A DNA stretch of 63,960 bases, the filler included, from Octopus bimaculoides (Eukaryota), in assembly GCF_001194135.2 (NCBI RefSeq). It is 5 parts of 5 records of this genome, joined end to end, with 100 filler letters (N's around TTAATTAATTAA, not from the genome) between each part and the next. Parts side by side here need not be neighbours in the genome. Positions count along the whole stretch, not along the records: positions 18,939 to 41,408 come from NC_068983.1; 4 more parts are not named here. One strand, 5' to 3'. The number at the start of each line of letters is the position of its first letter. Within the stretch, counting starts at the first letter, position 1. Below are positions 23,083 through 36,069 of the stretch, in pieces. The notes beneath the pieces were generated by a model. The model ran no database searches and had not been told where the DNA came from. It was given only the letters and a program-made list of their open reading frames with translations. A program made the translations under genes and the position numbers.

Positions 23083-24712
23083 ATCACGTGTTCTCTCACT
23101 CTCTAAATGCATATAAATATATATTTATATAGCTTCAGTATTAGGTCTGCCTTTCAGACTGGCATGGAATGGACAGTTCGGCAAATCTGATGCAGAAACG
23201 AAGCAGCATTATCTTTCAAAGACTCAGTTTTTACACGCCCATCCCAAATACTAACAATTGTACAGAATGTACTGGGTGCTTTTTTTATTCATGCCACCAG
23301 GACAAGTGAGTTTGTCTTGTAATTGGTAAGACTAAAGAATTGGCATACTGAAAGAAATTAGAGAGTGGTTGATGAGTTTAGGCAAGGTGATGAAATATGA
23401 TGTGATGAATAGATTTATTGTTGTGGCTATGTGGTTGTAGGGAGAAAAGAGATAGGGGCATGGTGGAAGGGTGATTGGGTGGGGGGTGTAGGGAGTCGAG
23501 TGTAGTTTGTGAAAAGAGGAGACTGCAATGGTATGGTCATCTGTTGCATATGGATGATGGATCCTGTGGAGTAGGAAAATCTGGGAAGAGTGGAATGAAG
23601 TGATTGAACCTTACAAAAGAGACAACAAATTGCAATGATTGGTGGCATGCTATACTGGACAAAATTCACTCTTTTGGGCAAGCATGCCAGAGAGAACACT
23701 AACAAAGTGAGAGGCTAGAGTGCTCTTGACACATCAACCTATTACTCCCACCTGGCCTACCTTACACTTGGGATTCTTTAATTACACTCATCCTCTACTG
23801 CTCTCTCTCTCCATCTCTGTGATTCCCTTCAAGTCCCTCTTTTCTCCTATGCTCACTGCTCCCCAATACCCCATCCCTTTTTCTCTCACTGCCCTCTCCT
23901 CACAGTTTCCCTGCCATCTCATCTCTCTCTTTCTCTCACCATCTTTTCCTCATAGCTCTGCCCCCCCCCCTGACACCCTCACTCTCTTTTTCTATCTTAT
24001 GTCTCCTTCTACATCTTCTACTTATATCTACCCCTGTAACGTGGCTCAGCACAATAAACATATATACATGCATATATGTTTGTGTGTATGTATATACACA
24101 TACATATACACACTGCAAGTATAAAGATCTAGAAATCTTTGTGTCAATATACATTACTGTTTCATAAAAAAATATTCAAACTCTATCAATTGCAGTAGTC
24201 ATTTCAGATCAGTCCTTTAGCAAAGCTATTGATGCTTTAGTAGAATTATAGCTCCAAAGTAAATGGGAAGGATATGTGTATCAAAGAATATACAAATTTA
24301 AATGAAAGCAGAAAGCTGAAGTTAATAGTTTTATCAACCTCCACTATATAAAGCATAGTGCTGGAATACAGATTTCAATCCGACAATATAAGTTGGTTTA
24401 ATATAGATATATGTTCTTATCCTGGAAAATATTTATCAGCCATTAGTTTAGAACTATGAAAACCAGAGATGTATGTACTGAATCTTTGTAGTTCATGAAA
24501 ATTATTCTTTTAAGATGATGTAACTAACTTCTTTTTCACACTGGCATGACAATTCAGCTATTGCTAAAGAGATACGGGAAGTTGAGTTTATGCTTTTCTG
24601 AAATGTGTGACCTTAGTGTGACAAAAAGTATCCAACAGAACTTGGATTAATGTTTATCTTTTGTAAGAGAACTAAGGCAACATTTGATATCACAGAATTT
24701 CTTCAGTGATAA

Positions 24713-24945
24713 GTTGTGTGTGTGTGTGAAAGAGAGAGTGTGTGTGTGTGTGAAAGAGAGAGTGTGTGTGTGTGTGAAAGAGAGAGTGTGATTGTGAGAG
24801 TGTGTGTGAGGGAGAGTGTGTGTATGTTGTGTGTTTGTGTGTGAGGGAGAGTGTGTGTATGTTGTGTGTTTGTGTGTGAGAGAGAGTGTGTGTATGCTGT
24901 GCGTGTGTGTGTTGTGTGAGTGTGTATGTGTGTATATATGTGTGC
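24713..24945. repeat. Compound GT/GA microsatellite with higher-order units
   Basis: Repeated tgtgtgtgtgaaagagagag and gagagtgtgtgtatgttgtgtgtttgtgtgtg units. Confidence 0.9.
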
Positions 24946-24969
24946 ATGCATTGATTGATTTGTAAAACT

Positions 24970-25300
24970 AGGCACAGGATGGCTGAATGGTTTAGAGTCT
25001 GTTATGCAGCCACTAAGTCCTGGGTTTGATCTCTCTGTATGGCTTTAACAAATGTCATTTTCTACAGCCTTGGGTCAATCCGTGTCTTGCATGTAAAATT
25101 GAGTTGATAGAAACTGTATAAAGGCCCATTGAGTTAATTGTACCTGTAATTCAAAAGTGCAGTCTTGTCACATATTCTGCATCCCATTGATTTTCCCTAA
25201 GAATTATGTTAAGGGTACAAGTGTTCATGGAACGCTCAACCGGTTATATGTTAAATCCAGAACATGTAACTTAGGTGACCAAGCACCTGAATCTTCATCC
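24970..25300 (+). mobile_element. Diverged tRNA-head SINE
   Basis: Head aggcacaggatggctgaatggtt...ctgggtttgatctc with A/B-box-like motifs. Confidence 0.55.
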
Positions 25301-25366
25301 TCAAACAATAAATATCCAACCTAATTTGTAAGATATTGGAGTATGGAACTTTTAAGAATTGAGTAT

Positions 25367-25531
25367 TCTTTTACTTGTTTCAGTCAAATGACTGTGGCCA
25401 TGAAAGGTTTTAGTTGAACAAATTGGCTCCAGGAAGAATTATCTAAGCCTAGTACTTATTCTATTGGTCTCTTCTGCCAAACCGATAAGTTACCAGGATG
25501 TAAACACACCAACACATACACAAAGGAACAC

Positions 25532-25573
<42 letters not shown>

Positions 25574-25733
25574 CACACATATACACACACAATGGTCTTC
25601 TTTCAGTTTACGTCTACCAAATCTGCTCACAAGGCTTTGGTTGGCCCAAGTCTATAGTAGGCACTTGCCCAAGGTGCCATGCAGTGAGACTGAACCTGGA
25701 ACCATGTGACTTCTTCCCACACAGTCATGCCTG
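25367..25733 (-). mobile_element. tRNA-derived SINE, main family
   Basis: Colinear with 9176-9586 and 39333-39745. Confidence 0.85.
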
Positions 25734-26288
25734 TGTTTAAAGCCTATATGTTCTAACTGTAGTTTGAAACTTGGTGAGACATACCTAAAAATTTCCTGTC
25801 AACGCAGTGTAAGTATGAAACTTACTGTCATTCCTGACTTTTCAAACTTTCGCAAAATTTTATATGTGCACCATACTACCAAAGATTTGAGGTATATTAC
25901 CTAAATTTCATTCTACAACAAGACTGTGGAGATTTAAACATAAAAATTTTTGGGTGTGAATTTTTTTTAATATTTTCATGTTGTGGTGGTGTACTTATAA
26001 ATTTCTTAATGTTTATTTGTCATACTAACATTAATATACAAATTAGCACAGCTTTGTGTGAACTACGAAGCATTTTCCAATTGACAGTAAGCATGTTTCT
26101 TCTTAATGACACATTGTTCAAGGTTAGACGAATTTTGATGAGGGCTTGAAAAGTAAGAACCTCCAGTTTGATACCTGCCTACACCCTGAAACTTGGGAAA
26201 TATACCTCAAGTTTTCAGCAGTACAGTGTATGTATTTAACTGCAGTTTAAAGTTGCACACAAACATGCACACACACACATGCATGCAC

Positions 26289-26321
<33 letters not shown>

Positions 26322-27053
26322 CTCCCATGCAAAAAAAAAACTTCCACATACTAAATAGTTTTTAGATTTTATTGTCTATATTTTGTTATTACTGTTTCTT
26401 TTTTAGCTTTTTAGCATTGTACTGTTAGCTAAATTCATTTGTTCTGTTTATGTTGTTAAAATATTGTTAGTTCTGTCTATTAGTTTTCTTCCTGCACCAA
26501 TTTTGAACTTCAAAAATATCTACTTTTCGTAGTCAGAAAAGCTATTATTACAAATGATGTGCACATACATATGCACATGTTAGCACACATATTCATTTCT
26601 ATCACATCTCACATCTGCATACATAAAATTGATCATACATGTAATTGTAATCTGACTTCATTTGAATGCATGTGAAAGGAGTTAATGTGCATACATGAAA
26701 CTGCAACACACACATTAAGATTGACATATTATTCATTTCTAGGTCAACTGAATTGATGTGTTTACAATTTACTAAGTGCTTAATTCTCTACAAGTTTTTA
26801 TGCTCTCACATGTGTAAGTTATAAGCTTTCACATTGAGCAAGGTGTGCATATTTATGAACAAGAGTTGAAACAATAACTTGTTGCCTTACAAACTTTAGA
26901 CTTCATATTCTAATTCCCTTTTTGATTTAGTCCCTTTCCTGCACTATCACCTCGTCAGTAACTCCTGTTGTGTCTTCTTAAGTCATTACCGGGACCTTTT
27001 TTTTTTGCACATATTTACTTACACACACACACACACACACACANNNNNNNNNN

Positions 27054-27104
<51 letters not shown>

Positions 27105-29519
27105 TCAACTTATTGTCTACTTACTGTTGTCATCATACTGGCATAGTATTACATGATATTTCTCAATACTCACACCACTGAATACCAACCACACCACACC
27201 ACGCGTACATACCTCACCAAAAACACCTATCACGTACATACACAAACCATCAAATCATACCTGTATACACCCTCTTTCCTTTCAACACAGTTCATATTCT
27301 CGCCTCTCCTTCCAGGTCATGCAAGCACCTTCCCATCACACTTTCAATCCATACATGTGTGCATTGAATGCACATGTACACATACATACCCCCTCCCCAA
27401 GTTGTAATCACTGTTTGCATGCCTGTAGTAATTTCAAAATATATGCATTTATTTACCAAAATTGTCACACATCCTTTCTGATATATCTGACATCTGGGTA
27501 GAAATACCAGACAGACAAGGAATGTGTGTGTGTGTGTGTGTGCGTGTGTGTGTGTGTGTGTGTGCGTGAGGGAGAGAGAGAGAGAGGGGCAGGCAGGTAG
27601 GCAGACTTGATGCTGATGTTGCTGTTTTAGTCACTGGCCAGTTTGTTCTAGTTGTAGATTAGATTTTCACAGCTCACATTTTACTCAGTATACAATCATT
27701 AGTTTGTCTTCTGTTCTGATTTCCTTTCATGAATGAAAATGATCATAGTAATACAGTATTGTTGTAGTATGAGAAGATAGTCTCTTTAAAAAAAAAAGTA
27801 TGTCATGCTTTTATCTTTTTGTAATTCCCCCACCTTTTGTCCAACCTGCTTTGTCAGTGCCACTCCTTGTTTGTATAGCTCTACTACAACTGGATATAAG
27901 CACATAGTATCTGTGTTATTTAGGACTGCTCCTCTTCCTCTCCACTTTTCCTCCTCCCCCTCTTTATTCTCTCCCCGCCCTACCTTTTTTCATTGTTTGC
28001 TATTTACTCAATGGATTATAAGACATTGAATCTTTTTTCCTTTCCTTTTCTTTCATTTCATATATAGTTTTGTATTTGCTATGCATTGTATGTAATCTGT
28101 TTCAAATGTATCTGTAATATTGTATGTGTAATATTGAAATTGGATTTGAGATGCAGGCATATTCAACTTATAGCCACTTGTCGAATTTGTAAATCAGTTG
28201 AATAATACTGCTATAGCGGAAAAAGAGCTGTCATTCAAATCCTTAACCCAAGCATATTTTGGGGAGATTCTATATTCGTATTTTTTTAAGGAACAATTGT
28301 AACAGTCAAAAATATTTTAATTATTGTATATTAACTGTAACATTTAAGTTTTGGAGGAAACGGCTTTGCTTTGATTGCTACTTTCTGTAGTGAAGACCCT
28401 TCATTATTTAATCAGTCTACTGCTTGTAATGTATTATATTTGACATACAGTATTTATACAGCCAATAAATGACGTGAAATGATTTCTTTTATATGAATGA
28501 AACTTACAATTTATAGCTGAAAGAGTGATTGTGTAACATTCAATGTTTTCCTTATACAATAAGCAACAAGAATGAAATGATTCCATCTAAGAATCAAAAC
28601 TCGATTGCATAATTTGTTCATTGTGAATTTGTTATTGCACCAACCAGCATATTACTATTATCCCTTTAACATTTAACTTCTGATTTCTATCATATGACAT
28701 GAATTATCAAGGTGTTTTAATACAGAATTTAAGTTTTGTCATCTCATTTAGAGAGTTCTAGCATTTTTCAGGCACAATTTAACTAATATTCAAGTGTCCT
28801 TTGATCTACCTTCCACAATCCTATCAACATACTTTTCATCCAGCATTTGTCACTCATTTATTTTACAAAGAATTGTTGTTTTCTACCTGCTTTGACTACA
28901 AAAAACAGCTTTCCAATATAGTCACTTATTAAACTCATTTATTAACCTTTTACATATGTTAACATTTTACAAATTATCCATTTCTCCAACCATACATATC
29001 ATCTGCAGTTATCAGCCTCATACTTCATACATCTTTTACATTGTATATTTCATACATTTAAAGAGAACTCCTTTATTTTCATTCAAAGCTGCATATCTAA
29101 GTTTCTTCCATATTCCTCAAAGCACTTGCCCCACTGATTACTATTATCTACCTAACTGAATTTATGTATTACTTTCAGCTAATTCTCAATAATCATTGAT
29201 CTTTACCGTGTGGTTGTTAATACTGTTTAGTACTCTGATGTTTCTATCATATTTCTAACTCTGACTTCTTGTCAGTAAGTGAAATTCTGCTGCATTTTTG
29301 TTTACCTCTATAGTTGTTATTGATTACACAGTATTTAGTCTGTGGCCTCTCCATTTCTGCGTATCAAGGATGTTATAGTTTGTTCTCATAACATCCAATT
29401 TTCCATACTAGCAGGAGTTTGGACAGAGAGCTATTTGAAGAAGGATTTTACAGCCACTTATCTGTCCTGTTGCTAATCTTTACCTGTTTTTCTTGTAACG
29501 GATTTATTTCATTCCACAG

Positions 29520-29572
29520 GTCTCTGAAAGTACGGAGCAGCTAGTCATAATGTCAACACAAACACTGCTTAA
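29520..29572 (+). CDS. Candidate exon of plus-strand gene (VSESTEQLVIMSTQTLL)
   Basis: Acceptor tttatttcattccacag, donor gtaaag, phase 0 to 2. Confidence 0.4.
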
Positions 29573-29667
29573 GTAAAGCAGTGCTGAGCATAAAATATAC
29601 AAACATTGATGCACCTTCATGCACATATGACCACACACACACACACACACACAGACACACACATACT

Positions 29668-29786
29668 TTTCCCAACCACATTGTTCTGAGTTCAGTCTCA
29701 CTACATGGCACCTTGTTTTCTACTATAGCTTCAGATCAACCAAAGCCTTGTGAGTGGATTTGGTAGGTGGAAACTGAAAGAAGCTA

Positions 29787-29829
<43 letters not shown>

Positions 29830-30039
29830 CTTTATGCCTGTTTGTCCTCTACCACCACTTGACAGCCAGTGTTAGCATGTTTATGTCCTCATAATCTAGT
29901 GGTTTGGTAAAAGAAACTGATAGAATAAGTATTGGACTTCAAAAAATATAAGTACTGGGAGGTTGATTCATTCAACTAGAAGTTCTTCAAGGCGGTGCCC
30001 CAGCATAGCTGCAATCTAATGACTGAAACAAGTAAAAGA
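29668..30039 (+). mobile_element. tRNA-derived SINE, main family (head clipped)
   Basis: cccaaccacattgttctgagttcagtctcac...aatgactgaaacaagtaaaaga. Confidence 0.85.
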
Positions 30040-30054
30040 GATATACACACAACA

Positions 30055-30199
30055 AGCTTTCTGGAGTTTTCCTCTACTAAATCTCCTGACATCTCATTGG
30101 CTGGCCAGGGGTTATAGAAGAAAACTGAACAGTGGGATTGAACCCAAAACCATTTAATTGCAAAATGACCATCTTAAAGCCACAACCACACCTGCGCCT
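30055..30199 (-). mobile_element. SINE head fragment, inverted relative to the adjacent copy
   Basis: cagtgggattgaacccaaaacc...cacacctgcgcct. Confidence 0.7.
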
Positions 30200-30789
30200 A
30201 TCGTAAAATTAAATCTGTCCTTTTCAGTACTTTGTTGGCCTGGATATACAAATTACTTTAACTAAAATAGCTGGTACAATGTCTGTCTGCTTGAAGAAGC
30301 AAATCTTCTGCTGTAGAACCAATTTTATTCTGCAATGTTGAGATCTTTGCTTTGTTGATCCACAATGCGTCTAGACATCTTTAAAATAATTATGTATATT
30401 CATTGACTAATATATTAACTTGTACTGATTTCAGTGAAATCTCAATGGTGTTGAACAAGTTCATTAAATATCCAGTAGGCCATTTATTGTTTGTATCACA
30501 ACCTGAGTGTGCTTCTCAGTTGATTCATTATATTGCAAAGGAAATGTTGCATGTTACTGTGCTTGAAATTTGCTTTAGATATTCAATTGTATTCATTATT
30601 CTTTCTTTGATGACTTATCTATTCTCAGTTTACTTAATCTCTGCTTATAATGACCAAAATTTTCGAATTAACATTCTTAAGGCAATGAACTGATTATGAA
30701 TTAGTCATTAAATTATCCCATCATTGTTGTCTAATTATAATGTCCTAAATTTTATGTAATTTGGAAGCTGTTTTAATATTTTTTTCTAC

Positions 30790-30992
30790 TATAGGTGCAA
30801 GGCATGAAATTTTGGGAGAGAAGGATAGTCAATTACAACAACCCCAGTACTTTACTGGTATTTATTTCATTGACCTCATGCGGTCAAAAAGCAAAGTCAA
30901 CCTTGGCAGAATTTGAACTCAGAATGTAAAGCTGAAAGAAATGCTGCCAAGCATTTTGTCCAGTGTGGTCACAATTCTACCAGCTTGCCACC
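30790..30992 (-). mobile_element. SINE, second family
   Basis: Reverse complement of 2240-2415. Confidence 0.75.
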
Positions 30993-31653
30993 TTAATTTA
31001 TCTGATATAATTTGAATGCTAGTTCATGAGTTATGTCATCAACTTATGTATTGTGAGGTTAAGTGCAGGGCATTAGGTCACAAGATCATTAGTTAAGAGC
31101 CTTCTAGATATATAGTAACTGAATGTCTCTTAGTAAGCCACGTTACTTTCTTATTTTATTCTGAAGTGCTGAAAATAAGCACCACTTTCAATTTACAGTC
31201 TAATATAGAAGTAGTACCTATTTTTAGTGATTACCAATCTGTGTGCATATATGTATGTATAAGAAAAGACATGCCCTTGCTCTATAAATTCATATGAAAA
31301 CCTCTAATATAACACGCAAAACAAACATAAAATTATTAAATTAAATACAAATAAAAACTAGAATTGAGTGCAGGACATAAGATTAACACTATGTCTCAAT
31401 ATTTCACTTGTGTCACATGTAATTCCTTCCAAATTCATTGACTTAAATCTTCAGAAATGTTGTACTTTCTTACTGACATTATCTAACCTTGTATCATCTT
31501 AGATAAATTCTGGGAAGCAAGTTGTAATATAAACAGTAAATAACTTGTTGGCTATCTAATGAAACTTGCTCAGCATCATTGAGATTATATTGAAATCAGT
31601 ACTTGTTTAATACATCCATAAATGTGTGAGGTTCTCTTTTGCTTTTGTTGAAG

Positions 31654-31740
31654 TCTGTCTCTAAGAGAAGACACTACTGTGTTCACAACCCCACACTGGC
31701 AGTATAATGGGTCACAGCCTGGGTTCAGCAGCCTTGGAAG
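31654..31740 (+). CDS. Candidate exon of plus-strand gene (LSLREDTTVFTTPHWQYNGSQPGFSSLG)
   Basis: Strong acceptor ttctcttttgcttttgttgaag, 87 bp, phase 2-2, donor gtagcc; phase matches 29520-29572. Confidence 0.45.
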
Positions 31741-33801
31741 GTAGCCAAATTTGGAGGAGGACAACTGAATATAAATTTTCACTGCCTGTGAGTGCTTGCA
31801 GTGAGATGAAGGTTAAGGGATCAATCCCAAATTGGATTGGAAGAGGACTTGAAGTTCACCAACCCTGTTCACCGCAAAGAGAGCATGAAGAATCAATGAA
31901 TAGGTTATGTCTGACACCCCCTGACTATCACCAATGAGAATGGGAGGATTCATTCATCCAAATAAAGATAATTTGTTTTTTTAAAAAAGGATTAGTTATT
32001 GGTCTGTAAAAGTTTCACATCAACACTCACATCGTCCTTACTGGGTCCCCATCCACCCCCTTTTTTTTTTCTTTTATTTTAAGTGCAACATTTTGATTGA
32101 TTTAGGTTTAGTGTTTGAGACAGAGGTTAAGTTATTCAAAACATTATTTTACTTCTAGAAATAAAAATAGGATTACTCGTCTGGAACGTTCTGCTTTTTT
32201 TTTTTCTTTCTCGTTTTTTTCCTTTTTTTTTTCTCCTTTTTTTTTGCTGAATCATTGTAAATTATATTTTTCAATGAAACTTAGTAAGCATTCATACTTA
32301 TATATGTATTTACCAGGTTTGTGTAAAGAAAACAATATTAAATCATTTTTCTTTGAAGTAATAAAATGCTGTCTGTTTCTCTTCTCAATACTGTGACAAA
32401 CCATTTTCCCTTCATGGCCTTTTGTAGTATTATTTGTTCTTATCTGATAGGGTCACTATATGTGTATGAAACTGATTTTTAGAAGTAAGCACAGAGTTCA
32501 GGGCTTGCTCCACTTCTGTCACATGGCTTGATATTGTTGTATCTATAATAACCAGTCCAAAATGATGAGCTAATGACAGAGCCTCTTTGCTGCAGCTTAA
32601 CCTGCTAGAAATGGTCTCCAGATCTTCTTCAAACCACTCCCTAATCAGTATATCTTAAAAAAGACATATCAAGCAATGTATAATAAACTCTATTAGAGCT
32701 CAACTGTTGACATATTTTGCATTATATTCTTATTTCAGTTGATCAAGTCTTCTAACAATATGATAGTCAAGTAAAGAGTTACTTTAAATCAAAATTAAAA
32801 TCAACTGCTCCTTCTCATTATATCTGTTAAGTTAGGACATTAGTTTTATTGTTTAAAATTTCAAGGATTTTACTGAAATAAAAGTTTGGTTGTTTAAAAT
32901 CTTTTTGAAGCTGACCTAGAGTAGAGAGTGCATGTCATTGAAGAGATCCTGAATCATAATGAAAGGATTTTGACATACACAACCGATTGAATGACTAACC
33001 AAATGATTAAACAAATAATTGATTCTTTAGCTGGTCAAATAACTAACCAATTGACAATAATAATAATAATAAAAAAGAAGTGTTTATAATTGGTGTAATG
33101 ACCCTCCCAAGATACAGCAAAGTTTGTTTCAACATGTGAGTTCACATTAAAAAATCTTGTAAACTAAACACAAAACTGAAATCATCATCATTATCATTTA
33201 ATGTCCTCATTCCATTTTGGTATGGTTTGGAAAGTTTGATAGAAACAGGCTAACCAGTGGATGCCCTTCCTAATGCTAAAATATATTTTCCTGAAATAGA
33301 TCTTTGACCTTTAAAAATTATTTTAAATGTTTTTTTCTTCTTTACCCGAGAGAAATTACTAAAGCTTTTTGAGGAATGTAACAAATTTTAAAGTTGAATT
33401 TTAGCTTTGTCCTTTTGTATCATTTCATCTTTTTCTGTTATGGCTATTGAGGTTCCTCAATAAGTTATAGTTCACACCAGTTTTCACTTAAAGTAAGTAT
33501 TTCACTCACATCTCTCTGAAAGGCATGAATATTACAATTCACTGTTTCCTTTGCTATATGAATCTGAAATGTTACACTTGTATAAAAGATTTTTTTTTTC
33601 TGTAAGAGTAATGAAACTAGTGTAAATGGTAGAGTGACACCTAAGGTGCAGAGTGAAATATAACCTGACTTCCTTTTGTATTTCAGAGTTAAAATCATAC
33701 AAGAAGTGATTTTTGTCTCTCATCTTCTTAGAGTTGATGATATATATTAAAATTAACATAGTATGTAAAATAAAAGTTATTCCTTTGTAGTTATGATAAA
33801 T

Positions 33802-35083
33802 TTCAGGTCATCTCATAAGTTCTGTCTGAATTTTGAATAAAGAAAACAAGTGATCAAATGTTATATTTAATTGAAATTTAATCATCAATGTACTTTCCCT
33901 GATTATCTATAACTTCCTTCCATCTATTTACAAGCTTTTTAATCCCATCAATGTAAAACTCTTTTGCTTTCAAAGCTAAGAACTCTGAAATGTCAGTTTT
34001 GACCTCCTCCTGGCTTGCGAAAGTTATGTCCCCAAATGATTCTGTAAACTATGAAACAAATGGTAGTTTGAAGAAGCAAGGTTGGGAGAATAAGGTGGAT
34101 GAAGAATTTTTTCCCAACCAAGCTCTTCGATCTTCTGTGATGTGATCTTTGCAGTGTGGGGGTCACGCATTGTCCTGATGAAACATCACTCCTTTTCGAT
34201 TCACTAAAGCAAGTCTTTTTTCTTTAAAGCTTGGTTCAAATGCTCTAATTGCTGACAGTAGACTTGAGTATTGATTGTTGCATTAGGTGGTAACAATTCA
34301 AAGTGAATTACTCCTTTGCAATCCCACCAGATAGAGAGAAGAACCTTTTTTTCATGAAGTTCCCTTCTCGGTTGTAGTTGAGCTTTTCCCTTTTACCATC
34401 CACTGTTTACAATGTTTAACATTTCGATAGAAGATCCATTTTTCGTCACCAGTCACAAGTTTATCCAAAAAGGGTGAAATGAGTTTGCAAGAATGGAGAG
34501 AAGAACAGATGTCAACTCGGGATTTGCGGTTGCTTTCAGACAATTCATGAGGCACCCATTTTTCAAGTTTAGGAACCTTTCCAAGTTGTTGAAGATGACA
34601 ATGAACAGTTGTATGGTTTGAACCATAACGCCAATTCTTCAACTGATAATGCAGAGTTTTCTTCAAGTAATACTTCAAGGAGCTTATCATCAAACTCAAC
34701 TGGTCATCCTGTTCGATCTTCATGTTCAAGGCTGAAATCTCCACTTCTGAATTTTGCAAACCATCTTCTGCAAGTTCTTTCATTCAAGCATTCTTTCCCA
34801 TAAACTGAGTGTATGTTTTAAGTCACTTTGGCTGCAGAGTTTCCTTTTTTTGTACTCATAAAGCATTATGTGCTTTAAATGCTCTTTGGATACTTCCATG
34901 TTAGAAAGGGTTTAAATCAAAGAAGTTTTAATTCTATTATTCTGTAAAATAATATTTAATTAGTTTAAATGTACACAAATGCATAAAAATAATTTTTAAT
35001 TCCATTAGACATTCTAAAATACGATTAAATTTCATTCAATTTTAAAAAAGGTAAAATTGGACAGAACTTTTAGGATGACCTGA
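33802..35083 (-). mobile_element. Mariner transposon, full length, decayed (family C)
   Basis: TIRs tcaggtcatctcataagttctgtc / gacagaacttttaggatgacctga; KWVPHELSESNRKSRVDICSSL...FLDKLVTGDEKWIFYRN. Confidence 0.93.
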
Positions 35084-35468
35084 TAGTTAAGGGGTTGTGT
35101 TTGATAGTTACAGTAGTATAGTGAATATTATTATCATTCAGATTTGGTTGAGTAGCTAGCAGAGTTCTTTACATTCAATATCTCCTTTGCCCTACCTCTC
35201 ACTGTTTGAAACTCTTTTTTAATGCAATTCCATTTCCTGCCCTCTCTGTTAAAATTTTTACCTTTCTCTTTACCTGATTGTTAATGGCACACTGCCCTAT
35301 TCATGATGTTTATTGAGTTGTATTAATTCGATTCTTCATTATAATTTGTAATGTAGCGTTCTTCAATACAAATTACCAATGAAATGACTGATGGTGGTGG
35401 TTGTGGTGTGTGTGACTATTAGCGTGTGTGTGTGTGTTTTTGCTCGCCTATGTATTTATGCATTCAAG

Positions 35469-35532
35469 TGCATGTGAAGTTAGATGTGAGTCAGAAATAC
35501 TACTACTTGATATTAGCATGGGAACTATAGTG
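35469..35532 (+). CDS. Candidate exon of plus-strand gene (ACEVRCESEILLLDISMGTIV)
   Basis: Donor gtaaga; phase 2 to 0; an alternative in-phase acceptor starts at 35484. Confidence 0.4.
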
Positions 35533-35938
35533 GTAAGAAGTAGTAAGTTGGTACCGACTAGTCTGCTGGTTATCACTACAATATTAGATTTTTGTACATT
35601 CCAATACCCAATCCCTTGTAAGTCGGCTTAGGCACTACTACAGCACACAACAGGTTTTCTTCACTTTTACATGTGATAATAACAGACTAGTGTGATTCTA
35701 ATCAAAAGAAGTTAATCAATGAGTAACTAGAGCACTATAGTGATTAATTGAGCATGGTTAAATTCAAGTGAGTTGTAGACTAAACTACTTGAGGGAGCAT
35801 TATTCATCTGTTTATTACCATTTTCCATATTAGTAATGCTGACCTCATTAGAAACTATATGGACTGGTGTCAACAAATTACTAAGAGCTTATAAAATACT
35901 GTTAAGAAATGAAGAATCATTTGTTCATAATTTGAAAG

Positions 35939-36069
35939 AAGCACTTTTTTGTTTCTAAACCAAACCAAGAACAAAACAACTCAAACATGGGAATTTCTGT
36001 GCGTAAAAGGTTGAAATGCACAAAAAAATGCATTCACCCTGAAGTAGAACTACAAACCAAGATTTTCAG
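35939..36069 (+). CDS. Candidate exon of plus-strand gene (KHFFVSKPNQEQNNSNMGISVRKRLKCTKKCIHPEVELQTKIF)
   Basis: Strong donor AG|gtaagc; one open frame, phase 0 to 2; weak acceptor, so the start is uncertain. Confidence 0.35.

Noticed and set aside
31585-31782. Minus-strand ORF (LSSSKFGYLPRLLNPGCDPLYCQCG...) and the minus reading at 30290-30385 (CLDALWINKAKISTLQ...)
   Set aside because: Protein-like, but their splice phases do not join, whereas the plus-strand reading of 31654-31740 fits its neighbours. Not fully excluded.
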